64,000 nt of DNA from a virus. The position numbers and the translations under genes were made by a program. The DNA is taken from IMG/VR virus record IMGVR_UViG_2924798928_000002; one strand, written 5' to 3'. Of this stretch, positions 37,871-47,532 are shown one piece after another (the stretch's first letter is position 1; every line of letters begins with the position of its first letter). The notes beneath the pieces were generated by a model. It had not been told where the DNA came from, did no database searches, and worked only from the letters and a program-made list of their open reading frames with translations.

Positions 37871-38119
37871 ATGTCTGAAACTATTCTCGCTCTCGACTTC
37901 CCGATTCAAGACGGGCAAGGCAATACCATCACTGAATTAAAAATCCGCCGCCCCAAAGTTCGTGATGTTCGCAAAATGACCGGTGCAACGGAGGCAGAGC
38001 AAAGTGTGAGCTTGCTCTCTATCGTAACAGGTTTAGTGCCGGAAGATATTGATGAGCTGGATATTGCCGACTTCCAACGCGCGGCAAAAATCATTGAGAA
38101 AATGCAAAAGGGAAAGTAA
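37871..38119 (+). CDS. Tail assembly chaperone (gp41/E-like)
   Basis: LKIRRPKVRD, IDELDIADF. Confidence 0.85.
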   Translation: MSETILALDFPIQDGQGNTITELKIRRPKVRDVRKMTGATEAEQSVSLLSIVTGLVPEDIDELDIADFQRAAKIIEKMQKGK

Positions 38120-38274
38120 GCGAAGAAAGTCTGAATGCAGTGTTGGCAGATTTAGCCTTTTGGTTCGGCTTTCAGCCAAGTGAATTGGAAGAAATGACGC
38201 TTGATGATATTGAACGGTGGCTCAATCAAGCCAAACGGCAGATAAAAGCTAATTACACAAAAGCCGCTATTTAA
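38110..38274 (+). CDS. Chaperone -1 frameshift extension (P2 E'-like)
   Basis: G GGA AAG slippery heptamer 38110-38116; -1 frame ADLAFWFGFQPSELEEM...W. Confidence 0.8.
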   Translation, partial: GKVSEESLNAVLADLAFWFGFQPSELEEMTLDDIERWLNQAKRQIKANYTKAAI

Positions 38275-38549
38275 GCGGCTTTGTTTTTTGATGGGAAAGC
38301 AAACTCGAATGCGACATCGAATAAGCGGGAGATAAAGGCAAAAGCAAAATAAGCCATTATGAGCAAGGTGTTGATGATGACGGTAATGAAAAATGCCAGT
38401 GTTACATAACCCAAACCGCTTAACCAAGAAGTCATTAAGCCGTTTTGCCAAAAGGCATAAGTTAAAACACCGAAAAGCCCCAGCATCAACAGCCCGTAAC
38501 AGAACCAGAATAAGGATTCAAGCACACCCACTTTTTCTTGTTTTTGCAT
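38271..38549 (-). CDS. Small antisense membrane protein (moron)
   Basis: Two to three hydrophobic segments; shares a bidirectional terminator near 38259-38289. Confidence 0.6.
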   Translation of the reverse strand: MQKQEKVGVLESLFWFCYGLLMLGLFGVLTYAFWQNGLMTSWLSGLGYVTLAFFITVIINTLLIMAYFAFAFISRLFDVAFEFAFPSKNKAA

Positions 38550-38588
38550 AACTCTACCCCTAAAAAATAATTAAGGACACTATAAACG

Positions 38589-41057
38589 ATGGCAAGTAAT
38601 CTTTCAATAGCCTTGATGATTGGTGCAAGCGTAGGCGGCGCAATGGCGGGCATTAAACGCCTACAAAATACCCTTCATACTTTAAGAGATAGCACGCTCA
38701 GTACCACTGCTAAATTAAAAAGTTTAGCTGGCACAACCGCATTGGGTTTAACCGGTACGATTTCAGGCATTAAAGCCACAAGCGGTATGGTGATGAATAT
38801 CGCTGAACCTGCCATTAAATTTGAAAGCGCCATGGCAGATGTGAAAAAGGTTGTGGACTTCAAATCACCTGAAGGCTTTGCAAATTTATCCAAAGATATT
38901 TTAAATCTTACCCGCACTTTACCAATGACCGGAGAAGATCTGGCAGCGATTACCGCAGCTGGTGGTCAATTAGGTGTGGCAGAACAAGATCTAAAATCCT
39001 TTACTGAAAAGATTGCCAAAATGTCGGTTGCATTTGATATGTCTGCCGAGCAAAGCGGTGATGCCATGGCAAAGCTAGCCAACGTGTACAAAATCCCCAT
39101 TAGCAACATTGGCAATTTAGGTGATGCCATTAATGAACTGTCAAATAGCTCACCTGCAAAAGCGGCAGACATTGTGAATACGTTGGGGCGTGTTGGAGGT
39201 GTGTCAAAGCAATTTGGTTTAACCGAGAATGCAGCTGCTGCACTCTCTAATAGTTTTATTTCCCTTGGTAAAACACCAGAAGTGGCGGGGACAGCCATTA
39301 ACGGTATGCTGACTAAATTAATGACTGCGGAAAAAGGTGGGAAGAAATTCCAAGCGGCACTGAAGTCAATGGGGATGAATGCCAAAGGGCTGAAAAATGC
39401 CATCGGTAAAGATGCTGAAGGGGCATTAAAGGATTTCCTAAAACGGGTCAATAAACTCCCAAAAGAAAAACAAATGGGCGCATTGGTGGATATGTTTGGC
39501 TTGGAATATGCCGATGATGTGGCATTGCTAGCCGGTAACGTTGATGTGCTGGATAAAAGTCTAAAAACACTACAAGAAACCGACGAAAACGGCAAGCCGA
39601 AATATCTTGGCTCAATGGAAAAAGAGTTTGCGGCACGCGCTGCAACCACGGAAAACGGCTTACAGTTATTGAAGAATAGCGTCACTGAATTTTGGACTGC
39701 ATTAGGAGCAAAACTCCTTCCAGTGATTAATAGTGTTGCCGGTAAATTAGCCGACCTCATGCATTGGGTAACCGATTTAATGGCTCAAAACAGTTGGCTT
39801 GCCGATACGCTACTCTATTTGGGTGGTGCAATAGCAGGTGTTTTCACTGGCTTTTCAGCTTTAACTGCAGTGATTGGTGGTGTAAGTATGAGCTGGGTGG
39901 TAATGGGTAAACCAATTCTTAAAACGATTGGCTTTATTCGCTCATTTTTAGGCTGGGGGCGACAGCTCATTATGTTGTTTTCAGTATTGAGCGTAAAAGT
40001 CTTAGATATGGCAATCACGTTTGGTAAAAGCATTTTGATGATGAGTCGAGCCTTGCTCACCAATCCAATCGGCATCACTATCGCCGTTATCGCGGGACTT
40101 GCTTATCTCTTATGGGATAACTGGGAAAAAATCGGTCCATGGTTCACAGCATTATGGCAAACCGTTTCCGGTGCATTTTCTTCAGCGTGGTCAGCGATTA
40201 CCGGTTTTTGTTCTGAAGCATGGACAAATATCAGTAACTTCTTCACATCAGGCATTGGTAACATCACCGCCACCATTCTGAACTGGTCGCCACTCGGTTT
40301 ATTCCAGCAAGTATTTTCTACCGTGTTGTCGTGGTTTGGTATTGATATGCCAGCGAAGTTTACCGAATTTGGTTCGAACCTTATCAGCGGTTTAGTCAAT
40401 GGTATTCGCAATGCGTGGGAAGGAGCAAAACAAATCGTCTCCGATTTAGGCGATGGCATTAAAGGTTGGTTTGCTGAAAAACTCGGTATTCACTCGCCAA
40501 GCCGCGTGTTTAAGGGTTACGGTGTAAACGTGGTGGAAGGATTAGCAATCGGGATGGATAACGCTCAACCACTCGCCACGGAAGCCAGCAAAAATCTCTC
40601 AAGTGCGGTCAAATTCGAGCCTGTTTTAAATAGCGTTGAAACCGCCTTTAAACCGCTGTTAAACGAGAAAAAAGGCTTTTTCGGCACACTGTGGGACGAT
40701 GTGAAATTCGGGGCGAATTTTGTTGGTAATCTGCTTGGACTTAATCAATCGACTGATTTTCGTACGCCTGATTTTAACCCTGATGCCCAAATCTCCCCTG
40801 ACCCCTCTTTACAAAAGAGAGAGACAGAAGCGTCAATTTTTCACGATTATCAACCGCTAAATAGAAATGCGGTTACCAATAATGAAACCAATCAGCACAA
40901 CGGCATCGTGGTCAATTTTAACCCGACCATTAACGTGAACGGTAGCCAAAATCAGGGCGTAATGGAACAGGTGCAGCAAGGGTTGAATATGAGCCTTGTG
41001 GAATTTGAACGCCTGCTTAATCGCGTGCTAGACCAACGACAACGGAGAGCGTACTAA
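38589..41057 (+). CDS. Tail tape measure protein
   Basis: FESAMADVKKV, LGIHSPSRVF. Confidence 0.92.
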   Translation: MASNLSIALMIGASVGGAMAGIKRLQNTLHTLRDSTLSTTAKLKSLAGTTALGLTGTISGIKATSGMVMNIAEPAIKFESAMADVKKVVDFKSPEGFANLSKDILNLTRTLPMTGEDLAAITAAGGQLGVAEQDLKSFTEKIAKMSVAFDMSAEQSGDAMAKLANVYKIPISNIGNLGDAINELSNSSPAKAADIVNTLGRVGGVSKQFGLTENAAAALSNSFISLGKTPEVAGTAINGMLTKLMTAEKGGKKFQAALKSMGMNAKGLKNAIGKDAEGALKDFLKRVNKLPKEKQMGALVDMFGLEYADDVALLAGNVDVLDKSLKTLQETDENGKPKYLGSMEKEFAARAATTENGLQLLKNSVTEFWTALGAKLLPVINSVAGKLADLMHWVTDLMAQNSWLADTLLYLGGAIAGVFTGFSALTAVIGGVSMSWVVMGKPILKTIGFIRSFLGWGRQLIMLFSVLSVKVLDMAITFGKSILMMSRALLTNPIGITIAVIAGLAYLLWDNWEKIGPWFTALWQTVSGAFSSAWSAITGFCSEAWTNISNFFTSGIGNITATILNWSPLGLFQQVFSTVLSWFGIDMPAKFTEFGSNLISGLVNGIRNAWEGAKQIVSDLGDGIKGWFAEKLGIHSPSRVFKGYGVNVVEGLAIGMDNAQPLATEASKNLSSAVKFEPVLNSVETAFKPLLNEKKGFFGTLWDDVKFGANFVGNLLGLNQSTDFRTPDFNPDAQISPDPSLQKRETEASIFHDYQPLNRNAVTNNETNQHNGIVVNFNPTINVNGSQNQGVMEQVQQGLNMSLVEFERLLNRVLDQRQRRAY

Positions 41058-41058
41058 T

Positions 41059-41994
41059 ATGTATTTTATGCTAGGCAATATCGCCTTTGAGCCTGTCAAT
41101 TTGACCGACTTCAATGAAACCCATTCTGCGGATTTCGCTGAACACGCGGTGCTCAAAGGCAAGCCAAAACTGCAAGCCATGGGCGAAAAACTGACAGATT
41201 TATCCTTTGCCATTCGCCTGCACCACAAAATCGGTGGCGTAGAAAGTCGCTATCAGTCGTTGCTTACGGCTAAAGCCAAGCAAGACGCCCTTGCCTTGAT
41301 GTGGGCTTCAAAATACAAAGGCAATTTTGTGATCACCGATATTTCATCGACCACACTATTTACCGACGGCAAAGGCAATGCGTTGGCACGCGAGATGAAC
41401 ATCAGCTTGAAAGAGTTTGTTGGCAATTCGCAACAGGGTTTGCTTGGTGCGGCATTGAATGTAGGCGGAAAATCTTTGCTCGGTTCGATTTTGCCGAAAG
41501 GATTAACCAACACACTTTCAACGGTGAAAAGTGCGGTTAGCCGTGGCGTGGAATTGTATCAGCAAGGCAAACGTGCGGTGGACGAAGTCCGAAACACCGT
41601 TGCAGTAGTTCGCCAGTTGGTACACGACCCTGCGACCGCATTGGCGTATTTGCCGAGTATGCTTGCTAATTTAGACAACGCCTTGGGCGGTTTTGGTGAG
41701 TTGGTCGGGATGCAATCCGCCTTTGACAGCGTTCGCCAATACTTGCCTGCTGTGAGTGAATTTAGTCGTGATGTGGCAGCGGTGTATGACGATTTGCAAA
41801 TAATGAAACAGAGTTTCAGTCGGGCATCTGCCGATAGCGAATGGAATAACTGGTTCACGCCTGCCGATAATGCTTTAACTGAAATCAATGAGCGGCTGGA
41901 TAATTCTGCAAATTCAGTGGCAAAAATGACCGCTTGGATTGTGTTGCGTGAAGATGAAAACGTGGAGATTTTGAATGACCCAAACCGTACTTAA
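41059..41994 (+). CDS. P2 GpU-like tail protein with C-terminal extension
   Basis: LGNIAF, AEHAVLKGKPKLQ.MG. Confidence 0.8.
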   Translation: MYFMLGNIAFEPVNLTDFNETHSADFAEHAVLKGKPKLQAMGEKLTDLSFAIRLHHKIGGVESRYQSLLTAKAKQDALALMWASKYKGNFVITDISSTTLFTDGKGNALAREMNISLKEFVGNSQQGLLGAALNVGGKSLLGSILPKGLTNTLSTVKSAVSRGVELYQQGKRAVDEVRNTVAVVRQLVHDPATALAYLPSMLANLDNALGGFGELVGMQSAFDSVRQYLPAVSEFSRDVAAVYDDLQIMKQSFSRASADSEWNNWFTPADNALTEINERLDNSANSVAKMTAWIVLREDENVEILNDPNRT

Positions 41995-42205
41995 ACATAC
42001 CGTCAAACAAGGCGAACGCTGGGATCATCTCGCCTATTATTACTATGGCGACGCACTGGAATATGCTCGGATTATTAGAGCCAATCCGCATATCAGCTTT
42101 TGCGAAGTGTTGCCGACAGGGGCAACCGTGTTTATCCCTGTTCTCAATGTAAAGCCGACCCAAAACGAAAACCTGCCGCCGTGGTTAAGAGGAAATAATG
42201 AGTAA
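41975..42205 (+). CDS. Tail protein X (LysM-like)
   Basis: GERWDHLAYYYYG...ANP...LPPW. Confidence 0.88.
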   Translation: MTQTVLKHTVKQGERWDHLAYYYYGDALEYARIIRANPHISFCEVLPTGATVFIPVLNVKPTQNENLPPWLRGNNE

Positions 42206-43259
42206 AGTCCAAACGCCCGATTTTTCGCTTTTTTATGAGAAAACCAATATCACGGCAGAGATTGAGCCGTCTTTGCTGGAATTAACTTACACCGACTATT
42301 TGGAAGGACAATCGGACGAGCTTTCTGTTTCCTTTGAAGACATCAGCGGTAAGTGGATTCGCCAATGGTTCCCCACTCAGGGCGACAAACTCAAGGCGGC
42401 GATTGGCTATCAGGGCGAGTCTCTGGTGCAAATTGGGAAGTTTGAGATTGATGAGGTAGAATATGGCTATCGTCCGTCCAGCATTACCTTGCGAGCCTTA
42501 TCCACTGGCATTAGCAAAGCTAACCGCACACTTAAGCCAAAAGCCTACGAGAACACCACGCTCGCCCAAGTGGTGGCAGCGGTGGCAAATCGCTTGAAAC
42601 TCAAAGTGGTGGGCAAAATTCGCCACATTCCCATTCAACGCATCACCCAATATCAAGAGCGCGATGTGGAATTTCTTGCCCGCCTTGCCCGTGAATATCA
42701 TCACAGTTTCAAGATTGTGGGCAATCAGCTGGTGTTTACCAATAAAGATGAACTCGGGCAAAGCGAACCCGTAGTCGTACTCGATGAAAGCGAATGTATT
42801 AGCTTGCGACTTCGAGATCGGATTAAAGATACAGCAAAGCAAGTGGAAATCAAAGGATTTGATACAAGCGGTAAAAAAGTGGTGAAAAAAAGCAAAAAAG
42901 CCACCGCTCTTCGCCCGAAAATTAAACAGGCACAGGCAGCAAGTGGCGATACGCTCAAAATCACGACACGTGGCGAAAGCCAAGAACAGATTGATGCCAG
43001 AGGCGATGCAGCATTAAGTGAGCAAAACGAAGACCAAAGTGCAGGCGATATTACCCTGATTGGCAACCCAAAACTGGTGGCAGGTTCAACCATTATGCTT
43101 AAAAATTTGGGCATATTTTCGGGCAAATACTTAATCAAACAATCACGCCATACCTTTAACAAACAGGGCTACACCACCAGCATCGAGGTGAGAATGTTGG
43201 AATTTATCCCCGATGATTTGATGACTTTAGGCATGGAGATGACGAATGCAAACTCATAA
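42198..43259 (+). CDS. Baseplate hub / late control D protein
   Basis: YTD...SDEL, QYQERDVEFLARLA. Confidence 0.88.
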   Translation: MSKVQTPDFSLFYEKTNITAEIEPSLLELTYTDYLEGQSDELSVSFEDISGKWIRQWFPTQGDKLKAAIGYQGESLVQIGKFEIDEVEYGYRPSSITLRALSTGISKANRTLKPKAYENTTLAQVVAAVANRLKLKVVGKIRHIPIQRITQYQERDVEFLARLAREYHHSFKIVGNQLVFTNKDELGQSEPVVVLDESECISLRLRDRIKDTAKQVEIKGFDTSGKKVVKKSKKATALRPKIKQAQAASGDTLKITTRGESQEQIDARGDAALSEQNEDQSAGDITLIGNPKLVAGSTIMLKNLGIFSGKYLIKQSRHTFNKQGYTTSIEVRMLEFIPDDLMTLGMEMTNANS

Positions 43260-43752
43260 TTTTGGTGCGACCTATCAAGAAGGCATTGTGTCGGCAATCG
43301 ACCCGAAAAGCCACAAAGTGCGGTGTAAAATTCCTGCATTGGAAGATTTAGAAACCGCGTGGCTTTCATTCTTAACACCCAATGCAGGCGGTAACCAGTT
43401 TTACTGCTTGCCTGATGAGGGGGAATTGGTCGCGCTACTCCTCGATGCGCGAGGTGAAGGTGGTTGTGTGTTGGGCACGATTTATAACGAGCAAGACAAA
43501 ACGCCAGTGCAAGATGGCGACATTTGGTTCAAAAAATTTAAAAACGGTACAACTATTGCCCACGACCGTAAATCAGGCGATTTAACCATTCATACCAGCG
43601 GTAAAATTATCGTCAATGATTGCGAAGTGGAAGTGAACAACGGTAATGTGAACGTAAATAGTGGCGATGTGATTGCTGACGGCATTTCCCTTAAAAATCA
43701 TCACCACATCGAACAAGGTGACGGCAAGCCAACCAGCCCATCTAAAGCCTAA
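43246..43752 (+). CDS. Baseplate spike protein V
   Basis: LPDEGELV; C-terminal SLKNHHH metal-binding tip. Confidence 0.88.
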   Translation: MQTHNFGATYQEGIVSAIDPKSHKVRCKIPALEDLETAWLSFLTPNAGGNQFYCLPDEGELVALLLDARGEGGCVLGTIYNEQDKTPVQDGDIWFKKFKNGTTIAHDRKSGDLTIHTSGKIIVNDCEVEVNNGNVNVNSGDVIADGISLKNHHHIEQGDGKPTSPSKA

Positions 43753-43806
43753 TTCTTTAAATCAGTTTAAAAGCCCCACCCCAAATAGCCTTGTATCATC
43801 AAGGCT

Positions 43807-44169
43807 ATGAATATAAATCCGATACACTCAACCCACTGGCAACTTGCACCGAACCTTAACGAGCAGGCGGTGCAAGGCATTGATGATATTCATCAGTGCA
43901 TTGCCAACATTCTCAATACGCTCAAAGGCACCGATGTGCTTCGCCCTGAATTTGGCTCGGATCATTTTCAATATATTGACCAGCCCGAAGATGTCGCCCT
44001 GCCGAATATGGTGCGTGAAATCACGCTTGCCCTACAACGATGGGAAAACCGCATAGAAGTCGAAAGTGTGCAAATCAGCGGACAAGCTCCTCATTTTGAA
44101 TTGTTGATTTTCTGGACTTTAGTGGACGATGTATATCGGGAACTTTATCAGACACAGGTGGTGCAATGA
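43807..44169 (+). CDS. Baseplate W/gp25-like protein
   Basis: RPEFGS, LQRWENRI. Confidence 0.88.
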   Translation: MNINPIHSTHWQLAPNLNEQAVQGIDDIHQCIANILNTLKGTDVLRPEFGSDHFQYIDQPEDVALPNMVREITLALQRWENRIEVESVQISGQAPHFELLIFWTLVDDVYRELYQTQVVQ

Positions 44170-45266
44170 GAAAAGAAGACGTGAAAATTGTCTCCGATGA
44201 TATTAAGCAAATTTTAGCGGAAGCCATTGCCGACTACGAGCAGCGCACAGGTAAAACATTGCAACCTGCCCATATTGAACGGTCGATTATTCAATCTTAC
44301 GCCTACCGCGAAATGTTAGTGCGACAAGGCATTAACCACGCCTTTTTGCAAACCTTTCCGCAATTTGCCACAGGGCTTGCTTTAGATTTATGCGGCGAAC
44401 CGATGGGCTGTTATCGCTTATCAGACCAAGCTGCCGAAGTCACTTTGCGTTTTAGCGTGAGTGGTTCGCATTCCGCCATTGTTATTCCACAAGGCACGCT
44501 GGTTGGTGCAACCGACAGTCTATTATTCGCTACGCAAACCGAAGTGCGAATTAACCCGACTGAGCAATATGTGGATGTAACGGCGATTTGCCAAACTACA
44601 GGCGAAAGTGGCAATGGCTGGCAAATCGGGCAAGTAAAGACACTCAAAAGCGAACTGCCAACCGATGTAACCGTCTCCAATATTGATGTGTCTGCAAATG
44701 GTATCGACACTGAAAGCGATGACGACTACCGCAAGCGGATTTTGCTCGCCCCTGAAGCGTTCACTACTTGTGGTTCGGTTGCCGCTTATGAATATCACAC
44801 TCGTAGCGTGTCGCAAGTGATTTCTGATGTGGCGATTTCCACCCCTCAAGGTGGCACGGTCAAAGTCACGGTGCTTACCAAGCACGGACTACCATCAGCA
44901 ATTTTACAGGAGAAAATTCGCCATTACATCAGTGGCGAAAAACGCCGACCACTGTGCGACACCGTGATTGTGGCTGCGCCTGAACGCAAAAGCTATCGTG
45001 TGGTTGCTAACTTAGATTTGCTCGCTACCGTCGCCGAAAATGAAGTGAAAGCCAAAGCCGAAACCGCTTTGCGAACCTATCTTTCATCACGTACGCAAAA
45101 ATTGGGGCTGGACATTGTACCGCTTGATATTCAAAGCGTATTGAAAGTCGCTGGCGTGTATAACGTGCATTTGGCAAGCCCACAACTTACTGAGCTCACA
45201 CCTGAACAATGGGCAGAATGCGAAAGCATCACGATAAACATCAACGCGGAGCGCAAAGATGGCTAA
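44166..45266 (+). CDS. Baseplate J/gp47-like protein
   Basis: FATGLALD, ESDDDYRKRI, RPLCDTV. Confidence 0.9.
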   Translation: MRKEDVKIVSDDIKQILAEAIADYEQRTGKTLQPAHIERSIIQSYAYREMLVRQGINHAFLQTFPQFATGLALDLCGEPMGCYRLSDQAAEVTLRFSVSGSHSAIVIPQGTLVGATDSLLFATQTEVRINPTEQYVDVTAICQTTGESGNGWQIGQVKTLKSELPTDVTVSNIDVSANGIDTESDDDYRKRILLAPEAFTTCGSVAAYEYHTRSVSQVISDVAISTPQGGTVKVTVLTKHGLPSAILQEKIRHYISGEKRRPLCDTVIVAAPERKSYRVVANLDLLATVAENEVKAKAETALRTYLSSRTQKLGLDIVPLDIQSVLKVAGVYNVHLASPQLTELTPEQWAECESITININAERKDG

Positions 45267-45837
45267 GTTGCAATATCCGTCAATCATTGAAATATCGCCA
45301 AAACTGACCGCACTTGCTGACCTTAGCAAGCGGTTAAATTTGCTGGATAAATCGCAAATTATGACCAGTTTTGTGGATTTAGTTCCGACCGAGTTTTTAG
45401 AACTGCTTGCCGAAAAATGGAGTGTCACCGGCTATGACGGCTGGTTACTTGCAGAAAGTATTGATGCCAAACGCAAGCTGATTAAACGAGCCGTTGAACT
45501 GCACCGCTACAAAGGCACACCGTGGGCAATGCGGGAAATTATCCGCCAGCTTGGGTTTGGGGAAGTGGAGATTATTGAAGGTTTATTCGATAAACGTCAC
45601 GACGGTTCATTTACCCGAGACGGTACATATTTTCACGGCGACCGTTCCAAATGGGCGCATTACCGCGTGATTCTGCAACAAACCATTACTAACGACCAAG
45701 CCGATTTACTGCGAAAAACCTTGCGTGTATTTGCACCAGCACGCTGTGTGTTGGCAAGTTTAGACTACCGTCAAGCAGCACTTCGGCACAACGGTATGGC
45801 AATGCGTAACGGCAGATTTAATCGTGGCACAGCTTAA
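45259..45837 (+). CDS. Tail protein I (P2-like)
   Basis: LHRYKGTPWA, APARC. Confidence 0.85.
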   Translation: MAKLQYPSIIEISPKLTALADLSKRLNLLDKSQIMTSFVDLVPTEFLELLAEKWSVTGYDGWLLAESIDAKRKLIKRAVELHRYKGTPWAMREIIRQLGFGEVEIIEGLFDKRHDGSFTRDGTYFHGDRSKWAHYRVILQQTITNDQADLLRKTLRVFAPARCVLASLDYRQAALRHNGMAMRNGRFNRGTA

Positions 45838-45854
45838 TTCAAAAAGGAAACAAA

Positions 45855-46766
45855 ATGGCAAATTTAACCTTAACCCGACAATGGGTGGAAAACATCTATC
45901 AATTGGAAACATCCGACCCGGTAATGGGCGGGCCAGACGGTATTGATAATCGCCAAGCCAAAGAGCTAGGGGCGAGAACCAATTATCTAAAAGACCAAGT
46001 GGATGAAATCAACCAAGACCGCACAGGTTACGCCCCAAAAGCAAGCCCAGCGTTCACTGGCGTCCCATCCGCCCCTACTGCCAACCCAAACACCAACAAC
46101 ACCCAAATTGCGACGACAGAATTTGTGAAAACCGCAATCGCCGCATTGGTAGGTTCGGCACCTGCTGCATTAGACACGCTGGAAGAATTGGCACGTGCAT
46201 TAGCTGGTGATGCAAACTTAAAAGCAACTTTGCTTGCGGAAATTGGGAAAAAAGCCAATGCCACTGATTTTAATGCCTTACATGATTTATTTGTTGGTAT
46301 CCCTATTCCTTATCCGCTTTCTACTGTCCCAACAGGTTGCTTAGCCATGAACGGACAGCGGTTTGACACTCGCCGTTATCCAAAATTGGCACAGAAATAT
46401 CCGTCAGGTGTATTACCTGATTTGCGAGGGGAGTTTATTCGTGGTTGGGATAATGGGCGAGGAATTGATAATGCTCGAACAGTACTTTCAAGCCAAGGTG
46501 ATGCTATTCGAAATATCAAGGCTGGTTCACCAGTCGGCTCATACAAAGGATGGCTAGCCAATGGGGATGCTAGACAGGGAGATACTAATGGTGCTATCAG
46601 AATAAATTCTAATGGAGCAAAAGCCCTAATTAATGGAACAGAAAATCACCCTAACGGGAATTTAAACTGGATTTTTTGGGATTTCGATGCAAGTCGCACA
46701 GTCCCTACCGCCAACGAAAACCGTCCCCGCAATATCGCCTATCACTACATCTGCTTAGCCGAATAA
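45855..46766 (+). CDS. Short tail fibre with collar domain
   Basis: YAPKASPAFTG, LDTLEELA, PDLRGEFIRGWD, RPRNIA. Confidence 0.88.
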   Translation: MANLTLTRQWVENIYQLETSDPVMGGPDGIDNRQAKELGARTNYLKDQVDEINQDRTGYAPKASPAFTGVPSAPTANPNTNNTQIATTEFVKTAIAALVGSAPAALDTLEELARALAGDANLKATLLAEIGKKANATDFNALHDLFVGIPIPYPLSTVPTGCLAMNGQRFDTRRYPKLAQKYPSGVLPDLRGEFIRGWDNGRGIDNARTVLSSQGDAIRNIKAGSPVGSYKGWLANGDARQGDTNGAIRINSNGAKALINGTENHPNGNLNWIFWDFDASRTVPTANENRPRNIAYHYICLAE

Positions 46767-46776
46767 GGAGTACAAC

Positions 46777-47532
46777 ATGACCGTAACATTTAATCAAGAC
46801 GGCTTTGCCGAAACCAGTGGTGAAATCATCGTGTATTGCACAGACAGCCAAGATATTTACAGCCACAGTACTATCGAATATGTAAGCGAAGGCGGAAGCC
46901 TTTCCGCAGGCAGTTATTTAGATGCCCCGCCACAACCGAAACAAGGATTTGTCATTGTGCGAGCAGATAACAGTTGGCAATATCAAGCTGACCATCGGGG
47001 CACCTATTACAGCAAGGAAACAGGCGAAAAAGTAGAACATACCGCACTAGGTGAATTGCCTGATAATTTAACCGCACTTGTACCACTTACTGAACCATGT
47101 AAATGGAACGGTACAGCATGGGTAAAAGATGAAGAAAAAATTGCTGATAATTTTACAACAACCCAAACTCACCTTATCGCCAACATCGACGAGCACGCGG
47201 CAAAAATCTACAGTACATGGACACGCTTTGAAAGCGAGTACCGTGAGCGCCAAGCGGCTGCAGAAGCATTTAAATCTGCCAATTATGAAGGCGAATGCAG
47301 TCGATATATCTCAGACTTTGCACAACGTGCGAGACTGGATAATAAGACCGCTGCAAACTTGATTTTGACACAGGCAGCAGGCTTGGAAAAATTGCAAGTT
47401 GAGTTGGCTAACCAACGCATGCGTAAGTATGAGCTCAAAGCCCCTAATCTCACGCTTGAGCAACTGCAATCAATCCATGATGACATTATCAAGCAAATGG
47501 ATAACTTGATGGAGGCATATAAAAATGGCTAA
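46777..47532 (+). CDS. Tail fibre assembly protein
   Basis: ADHRG, LGELP, WNGTAWV. Confidence 0.8.
   Translation: MTVTFNQDGFAETSGEIIVYCTDSQDIYSHSTIEYVSEGGSLSAGSYLDAPPQPKQGFVIVRADNSWQYQADHRGTYYSKETGEKVEHTALGELPDNLTALVPLTEPCKWNGTAWVKDEEKIADNFTTTQTHLIANIDEHAAKIYSTWTRFESEYRERQAAAEAFKSANYEGECSRYISDFAQRARLDNKTAANLILTQAAGLEKLQVELANQRMRKYELKAPNLTLEQLQSIHDDIIKQMDNLMEAYKNG

Noticed and set aside
38966..39760. 264-aa antisense ORF (and many shorter antisense ORFs in the track)
   Set aside because: Shadows of conserved genes on the opposite strand, with no RBS or motifs
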